Positions 1 through 12,843 of a stretch of 64,000 bases of DNA are shown here, one piece after another. Source of the stretch: an uncultured Verrucomicrobiae bacterium (GTDB lineage: Bacteria; Verrucomicrobiota; Verrucomicrobiia; Chthoniobacterales; Chthoniobacteraceae). Position numbers and translations under genes: made by a program. The notes beneath the pieces were generated by a model. That model was not told the origin of the DNA. It was given only the letters and a program-made list of their open reading frames with translations, and did not search any database. Position 1 is the first letter of the stretch; each line of letters starts with the position of its first letter. The stretch covers positions 544,001 to 608,000 of the forward strand of contig CAWIKF010000001.1 in assembly GCA_963836755.1 (NCBI GenBank), given 5' to 3'.

Positions 1-189
1 CATGGAGACCGCGCAGTATTACACGACGACCATGTAGTGCTACATGGAGACCGTGCAGTATTACATGGCGACCTTGTAGTGCTACATGAAGGCGGCGCAG
101 TATTACAGGGCGAGCATGCAGTGCTACATGGTGACCGTGCAGTATTACATGACGACCATGTAGTATTACATGGTGACCGTGCAGTATGA
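1..189. repeat. Tandem array of 9 degenerate 21-bp units (CATGGnGACCnTGyAGTryTA-like), truncated by the window start; frame +1 reads (HGDRAVL)n and ends at TGA 187-189
   Basis: Units read directly: catggagaccgcgcagtatta / cacgacgaccatgtagtgcta / catggagaccgtgcagtatta / catggcgaccttgtagtgcta etc. No spacers. Confidence 0.9.
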
Positions 190-599
190 CATTGCCGCCT
201 TTTTTGACCGCATCGCGACCGTGTTACTCTGTAAACCGTCCTCTCTGGCCTGCGCGGTGAGCGCGCAACGTCACTCGTCAAAACAGTAATCCCGAGCGGG
301 ACCAACGCTGGCTTGCGCGAAAAGTCCGCGGAACAACGCGGCCCTTTTCCCATCCCGAATCCGCAAGCGCCCGCTCCCGCATCGCCACCCGCTCGGCCTG
401 CTTTGCTTCACCGGCATCATCGGCGCAGTGCATATTATATTGAAACCTCAGCCACCGGCACCATATCGTCGGCGCGCTGGATTCTTTATGGATGGACCCA
501 ATCACAGGAAACTCTGCTGCGCCGCAGACCGCGAGTTAAATAGGCGGAATAGCAGAAATCAAATCCAAGGATGACCACGCCCTGGTCGCGACCTGAGAG

Positions 600-3500
600 A
601 TGACCTACGAACGCGATTCCGCTCCCCATTCTTCTGTCGTCAGGGAACGGGACCTCGAAACGGATTTCATCGAAGAACTCCGCGGCCTGAAATACTACCG
701 ATCGTCCCGACATCCGCGACCGCGCTGCGCTGGAGAAAAACTTCCGCGAGAAGTTCGAGGCCCTCAACCGCGTCCGCCTCACCGATGCCGAGTTCGCCCG
801 CCTGCTGGACGAGATCGTCACTCCGGACGTCTTCACCGCCGCCAAGACCCTTCGCAGCAATCAACAGCTTCATCCGCGACGACGGCACGCCGCTGAACTA
901 CACCCTCGTCAACATCAAGGACTGGTGCAAAAACACCTTCGAGGTCGTCAACCAGCTCCGCATCAACACGGACAACAGCCATCACCGCTACGATGTCATC
1001 CTGCTCATCAACGGCGTGCCCGGCGTGCAGATCGAGCTGAAGACTCTCGGCATCAACCCGCGCCGGGCGATGGAGCAGATCGTCGAATACAAGAACGACC
1101 CCGGCAACGGCTACACCAAGACGCTGCTCTGCTTCCTCCAGCTCTTCATCGTCAGCAACCGCGACCGCACCTACTACTTCGCGAACAACAACGCCCGGCA
1201 CTTCGCCTTCAATGCCGACGAGCGCTTCCTGCCGATCTATGAGTTCGCCGACGAGGACAACAAGAAGATCACCCACCTCGACGACTTCGCCGACGAGCTT
1301 CCTCGTCAAGTGCACCCTCGGCCAGACGATCAGCCGCTACATGGTGCTCATCGCCAGCGAGCAGAAGCTCCTGATGATGCGGCCGTATCAGGTCTATGCC
1401 GTGCAAGCCATCGTGGAGTGCATCGACGCAGAACTGCGGCAACGGCTACATCTGGCACACCACCGGCAGCGGCAAGACGCTCACCTCCTTCAAGGCCTCC
1501 ACGCTGCTCAAGGACAACCCCGACATCGAAAAATGCCTCTTCGTCGTGGACCGCAAGGACCTCGACCGCCAGACCCGCGAGGAGTTCAACCGCTTCCAGG
1601 AAGGCTGCGTCGAGGAAAACACCAACACCGCCGCCCTCGTCCGCCGCCTCCTCTCCGACGACTACGCCGACAAGGTCATCGTCACCACCATCCAGAAGCT
1701 CGGCCTCGCGCTGGATGAAAACAGCAAGCGCAACAAGCAGCGCAAAAAGAACGACCAGCCGACCTACAAGGAGCAGCTCGAACCGCTGCGCGACAAGCGC
1801 ATCGTCTTCATCTTCGACGAGTGCCACCGCTCCCAGTTCGGCGAGAACCACAAGGCCATCAAGGAGTTCTTCCCGAACGCCCAGCTCTTCGGCTTCACCG
1901 GCACGCCCATCTTCGAGGCAAACGCCACCGCAGCAGAAGATCGAGGACACGCAGGCCTGCATGAAGACCACGGAAGACCTCTTCCAGAAGCAGCTCCACG
2001 CCTACACCATCACCCACGCCATCGAGGACGGGAACGTCCTGCGCTTCCACGTCGACTACTTCAAGCCCGAGGGCAAGAACGCCGCCCAAGCCGGGCGAGC
2101 CGCTGGCCAAGCGGGCCGTCATCGAGGCCATCCTCGCCAAGCACGATGCCGCCACCGGCGGGCGCCGGTTCAATGCCCTGCTCGCCACCGCGTCCATCAA
2201 CGACGCCATCGAATACTACGAGCTGTTCGCCGACGATGCAGGCGGAGAAGCAGAAGGCCGATCCCGACTTCCAGCCGCTGAACATCGCCTGCCGTCTTCT
2301 CCCCGCCCGCCGACGGCGATCCCGAAAGCAAGTGACAGCAGATTCAGGAAGACCTGCCGCAGGAGAAGGAGGACAACGAGGTAGGAGCCCGAGAAGAAGA
2401 AGGAAGCCCTCAAGGCCATCCTCGCCGACTACAACGCCCGCTACGGCACCAACCACACGCATCGGCGAGTTCGATCTCTACTACCAGGATGTGCAGAAGC
2501 GCATCAAAGACCAGCAGTGGCCCGACGCCGACTTGCGAAAGGCTTCGCCAAGCGTGCCGCAGCACAAGATCGACATCACCATCGTGGTGGACATGCTGCT
2601 CACCGGCTTCGATTCCAAATACCTGAACACGCTCTATGTGGACAAGAACCTCAAGCATCACGGCTTGATCCAGGCCTTCTCCCGCACCAACCGCGTGCTC
2701 AACGCCACCAAGCCCTACGGCAACATCCTCGACTTCCGCCAGCAGCAGGACGCCGTCGATGCCGCCATCGCCCTCTTCTCCGGCGAAAAGACCGGCGAGC
2801 AGGCCCGCGAAATCTGGCTGGTGGAAAAGGCTCCCGTCGTCATCCAGAAACTGGAGGCCGCCGTGCAGAAGCTGGACGCCTTCATGAAGTCCCAAGGCCT
2901 CGACTGCACGCCCGACGCCGTGCGCCAACCTCAAGGGCGACGCCGCCCGCGCCGCCTTCATCGAGCACTTCAAGGAAGTGCAGCGCCTCAAGACCCAGCT
3001 CGACCAATACACCGACCTCACCGACGAAAACAAGCAGCACGATCGAGCAGATGCTGCCCGAGGACAACCTGCGCGGCTTCCGCGGCGCCTATCTGGAAAC
3101 CGCCCAGCGGCTCAAGGCCCAGCAGGGCAAGACCGGCGAAGACGATGGCCCGAGCCCGGACGTGGACCAGCTCGACTTCGAGTTCGTCCTCTTCGCCTCC
3201 GCCGTCATTGATTACGACTACATCATGGGCCTGATCGCCCAGCTTCTCGGCAAGCAGGGCCGGGCAAGCAGAAGATGAGCCGCGAGCAACTCATCGGCCT
3301 CATCAGCGCCGATGCCAAGTTCATGGACGAGCGCGAGGACATCGCCGAATACATCGGCACCCTCAAGGCGGGCGAGGGGCTCAGCGAAAAAGCCATCCGC
3401 GACGGCTACACCCGCTTCAAGGCGGAGAAGGACGCCAGCGGAACTCGCCGCCATCGCCGCGCAAGCACGGCCTCGCCACCGCCGCCCTGCAAGCCTTCGT

Positions 3501-3687
3501 GGACGGCATCCTCGCACCGCATGATCTTCGATGGCGAGCAGCTCACCGACCTCATGGCCCCGCTCGGCCTCGGCTGGAAAGCCCGCACGCCAAGCCGAAC
3601 TCGCCCTCATGGCCGACCTCGTGCCCGCTCCTCACCAAACGCGCCGGCGGCCGCGAGATCTCCGGGCTCAGCGCGTATGAGCAGTAA
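600..3687 (+). CDS. hsdR: Type I restriction endonuclease subunit R, multiply frameshifted (sequencing error or pseudogene)
   Basis: Fragments in alternating frames: RYDVILLINGVPGVQIELK (nuclease), GYIWHTTGSGKT (Walker A), FIFDECHRSQFG (DEAD-like), FGFTGTP, VVDMLLTGFDSK, IQAFSRTNR, and a C-terminus GREISGLSAYEQ. Confidence 0.9.
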
Positions 3688-4990
3688 GACGAAACCACTG
3701 CCACGAAGGACGAGGCAAACCCGCACTGATGCCGAAGCTGCGGTTTCCGGAGTTTCGGGATGCCGATGAGTGGACAGAGAAGCCCCTTGAAGCAGCAGCA
3801 CACATCAATCCGGCAAACGGCGGTCGCCGAAGACATTCGTCTATATCGACCTCGAGTCGGTCGCTACGGCGGAGTTGAAAGCAAAGGAACGAATTATCCC
3901 GAATCGGTGCACCAAGCCGTGCCCAAGGCTCGTGCGAACGCGGTGACATCATTTACCAAGTCGATTCGCCTCTACCAACGGCGACAACCTGCTTTGCGAG
4001 TTTGATGACGATGAAAACTACGTCGCATCTACGGGCTATGCTCGACTTCGAGGGCTAAGGGCAGTAATCGCGTTCTTTGCTATCATCGAGCATCCACACC
4101 GATTCCGTTTGTCGGAAGGGTCATCGCGAAGTGCACGGGTTCCAATTACCCAGCGATCAATTCATCGGACTTGGCAGAGATCACATCTGCCGATTCCACC
4201 CGACGCTCCCCGAACAACAGAAAATCGCCGAGTGCCTGAGTTCGGTGGACGAGCTGATCGCCGCGCAAGCGCGGAAAGTGGACGCGCTCAAGACCCATAA
4301 AAAAGGGCTGATGCAGCAGCTTTTCCCCCGCGAAGGCGAAACCCAACCCCGCCTCCGCTTCCCCGAATTCCAAAACGCCGGGGAGTGGGTTGCGAAACCC
4401 TTGGGCGAGATTTTTCCAATTTCCTCATCGAAGCGAGTCCACGAGTCAGACTGGACTTCGACAGGAGTGCCATTCTATCGAGCTCGTGAGATCATTGCGT
4501 CAACAACACGAGCCGATTCAACCTTGTTCATCAGCGAAGAGCTTTACGCTGAATTCAGCAAGCAGACTCGAGAAATCCGCGACGGACACTTACTGGTCAT
4601 GGCGTTGGCTCGATTGGCCGTTCCCTACTTGGTGAGAGCCGGAGATCGTTTCTACTTCAAGGACGGCAACATCATCTGGCTCAAAAATGACGGGAAGGAG
4701 CTGAGCGGAGAGTTTCTGCATTGCCTTTACGAAACCGATTGCGTTCAGAAACAGCTCAAGGCGATGGCTGATGTCGGAACAGTAGCAACCTACACCATCG
4801 ACAACGCGAAAAGAACGCTAGCCGTCTTTCCGTCCGGACAAAGCCGAACAACAACGCATCGGCTCGTGCCTGAGCAGCCTCGACACCCTGATCACCGCCG
4901 AAACCCAAAAGCTCGAAGCCCTCAAGACCCACAAGAAAGGCCTGATGCAGCAGCTTTTCCCATCCCCCGACGAGCACCACAAGCCCATGA
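3677..4990 (+). CDS. hsdS: Type I restriction-modification specificity subunit S, frameshifted
   Basis: PKLRFPEF near the start, EQQKIAECLSSVDELI...KKGLMQQLFP, a second PRLRFPEF, and a second conserved KKGLMQQLFP block. The two TRDs have lower GC. The end coordinate is approximate. Confidence 0.85.
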
Positions 4991-5559
4991 ACATCCAGGA
5001 AGTCATCCAGACGATCAACCAGATGCAGGCGGATGGCAATCATCGACAGCTATGCCATCGGACGGAAGACCGCTCGAGGGAGCCGACCTTCACACCTGGA
5101 GCCGAGCTTTTCCACGCTCGATGTGATATCTTCGTCTGATACTTTCCCGCACCGAGGCGGGCTCCCTGCTCATCCAGTCCCCGTCCCAGCTTTACGATTA
5201 CCTCACCGCGCGGGGCTGCACTGCGGAGGGCGAATACATCATCATCGCGGGCTGGCCGGTGCAGTTCCTCCCGCCCACGGGACCGCTCGCGGAGGAGGCT
5301 CTGGACAGAAGCCGCTGTGCACGATGTCGCGGGCGTTCCGGCCCGGGTCTTTTCGGCGAGAACTTATCTCGCCGCCATCGCGCTGCAAGACCGGACGCGC
5401 CGAAAGACAAGGCCCGGCTGCTCCAGTATCATCGAATCCGGTATCTCTTGATGCAACCACGGACGAATTCCGACGGAACTGCATCCTCACCCGGCACGCG
5501 CTCACGGCATCGGTGGGAGCAATTCCAGCGACAGCTTCAACTCTCCGACAACCACATGA
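4987..5559 (+). CDS. Putative nucleotidyltransferase-fold protein (RM cargo), frameshifted
   Basis: Stitched across frames: MNIQEVIQTINQMQADG.IDSYAIG...EP..STLDVDIFV...LYDYLTARGCTAEGEYIIIAGWPVQFLPPTGPLAEEAL...KDKARLLQ. The YAIG(G)...T.DVD pattern is NTase-like. Confidence 0.55.
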
Positions 5560-5763
5560 CTCACCGATCATCCAGAGCATCCTCGGAAGAGCAAGCGCCG
5601 CTACCGGCAGCTGCCTCGCCGCGGCGCCACCATCGCCGAGAATCAACTCCGGGATGCTCGATGCCCTGCGCGAGCGGGCTCTACTTTTGCGCCCTAGAGT
5701 CGGCAGTCCATCGTCCCGCGAAGAGCCGACACCCTATCACGCAGGACAAACCCCGCACCATGA
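5556..5763 (+). CDS. Small basic helical hypothetical protein, ATGA-coupled to the NTase-like gene and to hsdM; frameshifted
   Basis: Stitched reading: PIIQSIL..KRRYRQ.LAA.P...LRMLDALRERALLLRP...REEPTPY. ATGA overlaps at 5556-5559 and 5760-5763. Confidence 0.4.
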
Positions 5764-7386
5764 CCGACACCAACCAAAAACAACTGGGCAAGACCCTCTG
5801 GAGCATCGCCGACCAACTGCGCGGGGCGATGAACGCGGACGATTTCCGCGATTACATGCTGTCGTTCCTGTTCCTGCGCTACCTCTCGGACAACTACGAG
5901 ACGGCGGCGAAGAAGGAACTGGGGCAGGATTACCCCGATGCTGACGCGACGGCAACGGCCGCAGTGCCGCTGGCGCTCTGGTATGCGAACAACCCGGACG
6001 ACGTCGCCGGCGTTCGAGAAGCAGATGCGGCGCAAGGTGCATTACGTCATCAAGCCCGAGCACCTCTGGACCAGCATCGCCAACATGGCCCGCACGCAGA
6101 ACGCCGAACTGCTCAACACGCTGCAGGCGGGCTTCAAGTACATCGAGAACGAATCCTTCCAGAGCACGTTTCAGGGCCTGTTCTCGGAGATCAATCTCGG
6201 CTCCGACAAGCTGGGCAAGACCTACGCCGACCGCAACGCCAAGCTCTGCATCGATCATCCAGAAGATCGCCGAAGGGCTTGGCGGAGTTCTCGACCGATA
6301 TCGACACGCTGGGCGACGCCTACGAGTACCTGATCGGCCAGTTCGCCGCCGGGTCCGGCAAGAAGGCGGGCGAGTTCTACACGCCGCAGCAGATCTCCGA
6401 CATCCTCTCGGCCATCGTCACGCTCGACAGCCAGGAACCGAAGACCGGCAAGAAGAAGCGGCTGGACAGCGTGATGGACTTCGCCTGCGGCTCCGGCTCG
6501 CTGCTGCTGAACGTGCGCAAGCGCATGGGGCCGCACGGCGATCGGCAAGATCTACGGGCAGGAAAAGAACATCACCACCTACAACCTCGCGCGCATGAAC
6601 ATGCTGCTGCACGGGGTGAAGGACACGGAGTTCGAAATCTACCACGGCGACACGCTGACCAACGACTGGGACATGCTGCGCGAGCCGAACCCGGCCAAGA
6701 AGCCGCAGCTTCGACGCCGTGGTCGCCAATCCGCCCTTCAGCTACCGCTGGGAGCCGACCGAGGCGATGGGCGACGACGTGCGGTTCAAGAACTACGGGC
6801 TCGCCCCCAAGTCCGCCGCCGACTTCGCCTTCCTGCTGCACGGCTTCCACTACCTGAAGGACGAAGGGGTGATGGCGATCATCCTGCCCCACGGCGTGCT
6901 GTTCCGCGGCGGCGCCGAGGAACGCATCCGCACCAAGCTGCTCAAGGACGGCCACATCGACACCGTCATCGGCCTGCCCGCGAACCTGTTCTACTCGACC
7001 GGCATCCCGGTCTGCATCCTCGTGCTGAAGAAGTGCAAGAAGCCGGACGACGTGCTGTTCATCAACGCCGCCGAGCACTTCGTGAAAGGGCAAGCGGCAG
7101 AACCAACTGACGCGACGAGCACATCGCGAAGATCATCGACACCTACCAGTACCGAAAGGAAGAGGATCGCTACTCCCGCCGCGTGGAGATGGAGGAGATC
7201 GAGAAGAACGACTTCAACCTGAACATCTCCCGCTACATCAGCACAGCGATAGGTGAAGAAGAGATCGACTTGGTAGAGACTCACAAAGAACTCGTGGAAA
7301 TCGAAGAAAAGGTCAAAGCTGCTGCAACCAAGCATAACCGGTTCCTCAAGGAGCTAGGCCTAGACCCGCTGCCCTTCGGCGATTAA
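5760..7386 (+). CDS. hsdM: Type I restriction-modification N6-adenine methyltransferase subunit M, frameshifted
   Basis: LWSIADQLRGAM, LGDAYEYLIGQFAAGSGKKAGEFYTP, DFACGSGSLL (SAM binding), VANPPFS (catalytic motif), NDFNLNISRYI. Confidence 0.92.
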
Positions 7387-7482
7387 ATCAGGGTGAGCGA
7401 TGGGTGGATTACCTTCCACGGTAAGAGACAAATGGTAGCCGAAAGATTGGACGCTTTTTCTTTTTTGCGAATAATCCGGCTG

Positions 7483-7498
7483 TGGCACGGCACGCGCT
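7483..7498 (+). promoter_or_regulatory. Possible sigma-54 (-24/-12) promoter upstream of the FN3 protein gene
   Basis: TGGCACG-GCAC-GCGCT has correct GG/GC spacing but lacks the TT of TTGC. Confidence 0.25.
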
Positions 7499-7553
7499 AG
7501 ATTCCCTGCTCCACTGCCAGTAAGGCAGTCTTTAAGGAAGGAGATTAAATATT

Positions 7554-8186
7554 ATGAGTAATTCAAATGTAGTGAAACCAGCAATTGGTTTCCTGAACCG
7601 CGATGGGCAAGCGCTCTACGCATCAAAGATCGGGACGGTGATGGAGAAGATGGCTGGCAATGTCAGCTTCACGGATCCTATCCCGTCGTTGAGCACGCTG
7701 CAGGCTTCGATCGACATCTACACACCTGCCGCAGCGAAAGCTGTGAAAGGTGGTGTGCAGGCAACCGTGGCGCGTGATGCGGCACGGGCAGACCTTACGG
7801 CCCTCGTGCTGCAGCTCGCCAACTATGTGAGCGCAACTGCAAACGGTGACCTGGAGACGCTGCTTTCGAGCGGTTTCCCCACGCAGAAGACGACGCGGAC
7901 ACCTGTGGGGCCTTTGCCCGCGCCGAATGCGCCGACGGTGTCGCAAGGGACGCGCTCTGGCTCATGCACTACGGTGACTGCGCCAGTGCGTGGCGCTTCC
8001 AGCTATAACTGGAGCGTGGCGCTGGAGTCGAAGCCGGATGAGGATGTGCAGACATCCCAGACGACTGGCGCACGGGCGGCCTTCGATGGCCTGGCCCCGG
8101 GCGTGGTATATGTTGTTTCTGTCAACGCAGTCGGCTCGGCCGGCGTGAGTGACTGGAGTGATTACGGAAGTTTGATGGTGATCTAA
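7554..8186 (+). CDS. Protein with N-terminal helical region and C-terminal fibronectin type III-like domain
   Basis: Strong RBS (AAGGAG) upstream. C-terminal GASSYNW...FDGLAPGVVYVVSVNAVGSAGVSDWSD is an FN3 signature. Confidence 0.75.
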   Translation: MSNSNVVKPAIGFLNRDGQALYASKIGTVMEKMAGNVSFTDPIPSLSTLQASIDIYTPAAAKAVKGGVQATVARDAARADLTALVLQLANYVSATANGDLETLLSSGFPTQKTTRTPVGPLPAPNAPTVSQGTRSGSCTTVTAPVRGASSYNWSVALESKPDEDVQTSQTTGARAAFDGLAPGVVYVVSVNAVGSAGVSDWSDYGSLMVI

Positions 8187-8220
8187 TAAGGTTGCGATTC
8201 AAGATGACGGAAGCCTTTGG

Positions 8221-8258
8221 AAGCGGCGCGTTCAGTGATGGACGCGCCGCTTTTCTTT
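8221..8258 (+). terminator. Rho-independent terminator
   Basis: AAGCGGCGCGTTCA-gtga-TGGACGCGCCGCTT followed by a T-rich tail. Confidence 0.75.
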
Positions 8259-8397
8259 AACGGAGAGGCGCTCCGGCTATTTCACCGGGATGATGTGACG
8301 AGGCACATGGGCGGGCACAAGCGCGCCGGCGCCAAACTTTTCCCATCCCAAACGATGCCGGCATTTGCGGTGGAGCGGAAATCGCGCATGGTAGCGG

Positions 8398-9093
8398 ATG
8401 CAAAAACCGCTGCTACTCGCTCTCGCGCTTTTTTCCATGCTTGCCGCACAGGCGCGCGCGGTCGAAAAGGAATACGTCGTCGTCACCGGCGGCGTTTCGC
8501 TTTACGAATGGGAAAAATTCAAGGCGCAGCCGCACGATCATTGGTGGGCGAACTTCATCCACGCATCGCGCGTTCGGCTCGAGCAGCTCCGGGCGCAGCT
8601 CGGCCCCGACGCGAAGATCACGTGGTTCGTTTACAAGGAAAGCTATCTCAAGCGCGGCAAACAGGAGGGGCGCGACTTGATCCCGTTGATCGAGTCGGTG
8701 CGCGACGCGACGCACGTGAATCTGCACTTTTTCACGAAGGCATCGGAACTCGTCGATTATCTGAATTTCGGCCAGGACCGGAATGCGGTGAAGATCGCGG
8801 ACTTCGAATACTTCGGGCACAGCAACAGGGCGTGCTTCATGTTTGACTACAGCGCGGAGCTCGACAGCGGCTCGAAATGCTGGCTTCACGAGACGGAGCT
8901 GACGCAGATCAAAAAGAGCGATTTCGACAGGGGAGCGTATGCGAAGAGCTGGGGCTGCCACACGGGGGAGGAGATGAGCGGCTACTGGCACAAGGCGACT
9001 GGCACGCGGATGATCGGCGCGATCGGGAGGACGGATTACTCGAACGAAGCCGCGGTGATGCTTTCCGATCCGAACGGGCGCTGGACGCAGTGA
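8398..9093 (+). CDS. Exported hypothetical protein, possible caspase-like His/Cys fold
   Basis: Signal peptide MQKPLLLALALFSMLAAQARA; motifs YFGHS and SWGCHTG. Confidence 0.65.
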   Translation: MQKPLLLALALFSMLAAQARAVEKEYVVVTGGVSLYEWEKFKAQPHDHWWANFIHASRVRLEQLRAQLGPDAKITWFVYKESYLKRGKQEGRDLIPLIESVRDATHVNLHFFTKASELVDYLNFGQDRNAVKIADFEYFGHSNRACFMFDYSAELDSGSKCWLHETELTQIKKSDFDRGAYAKSWGCHTGEEMSGYWHKATGTRMIGAIGRTDYSNEAAVMLSDPNGRWTQ

Positions 9094-9176
9094 CCGGTTA
9101 AACAGGGTTGCAGAAAAATGCGACAAAGCGTAAAAAAAAACTTGTCAGACTGGCACAAGAATATATTATTGTTTTC

Positions 9177-9380
9177 ATGAAAATGAGAATTTCCATAATC
9201 TGTCTCCTCGGCGCACTTGCAATTTCCAGCATCGGCTGCAGTGCCGTAAACGGCGATGAGAAGTCCCGCATGCGCAATACCAACCGCCAAGCGTATCGCA
9301 CGAGCCCCGAGCTCGCGCCCGTCGCCGAGCCGCCAAACACCGGCATGTCGTGGGGCGGCAGCTTGACGACACGGAATTGA
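9177..9380 (+). CDS. Small putative lipoprotein
   Basis: MKMRISIICLLGALAISSIGC, a lipobox-like signal. Confidence 0.5.
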   Translation: MKMRISIICLLGALAISSIGCSAVNGDEKSRMRNTNRQAYRTSPELAPVAEPPNTGMSWGGSLTTRN

Positions 9381-9506
9381 TTTCAGCGTAGCGGCCTCGC
9401 GTTTTCCCAAGCGCGCCGCTTTTGAAATCGGTTGTCGATGTTCATGATGAAAACATTGACCGGGCGAGGGGCAAAACTATAGTCGCGTGGCAAAACCACT
9501 ACGACT

Positions 9507-9982
9507 ATGGCATTACCCGTCGGCACCAAAGCACCCGATTTCACTCTCAAATCAAAGAACGACTCCGGCCTGGTAGACATCAGGCTCAGCGAGCAGCTCG
9601 CCGAAAAAAACGTCGTCCTGCTTTTTTTCCCGGCCGCCTTCACCGGCGTCTGCACGCAGGAGATGTGCGACATCTCGGCCGGCATGAACGCATGGCGCGA
9701 TCTCGACGCGTCGGTCATCGGCATCAGCGTCGACACGCCGTTTGCGCAGGAGGCGTGGGCGCAAAAAGAGAACATCACTTTCCCGCTCGCCAGTGACCTG
9801 AACAAAAAGGTGATCGCGGCCTACGATGTGGTTCTCGAGGATCTCGTCGGCATCGGCACGGCAGCAAAGCGCGCGGTTTTCTTGATCGATAAAAGCGGCG
9901 TCATCCAATACGCGGAGCAAACTCCGACGCCGAAGGATCTGCCGGACTTTGACGCGGTGAAAGCGAAGCTGGCGGAGTTGAA

Positions 9983-9986
<4 letters not shown>
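9507..9986 (+). CDS. Peroxiredoxin (AhpC/TSA family)
   Basis: [19 protein letters not shown] (PxxxTxxC), GISVD. Confidence 0.9.
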
Positions 9987-12841
<2,855 letters not shown>

Positions 12842-12843
12842 AC

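Noticed and set aside
1..189. CRISPR array
   Set aside because: Units are contiguous 21-mers with no unique spacers, and no cas genes are in the window.
3677..4990. Invertible hsdS shufflon
   Set aside because: The repeats are the normal direct conserved regions of one hsdS; no inverted copy or recombinase is visible.
600..7386. Programmed frameshifting or phase variation in the hsd genes
   Set aside because: Indels are numerous and scattered, not tied to slippery or homopolymer tracts; sequencing error or decay is simpler.
5760..7386. HsdM as the cognate methyltransferase of the PabI-like enzyme
   Set aside because: Type I MTases methylate bipartite sites defined by HsdS, not GTAC, and this one lies over 5 kb away in a separate island.
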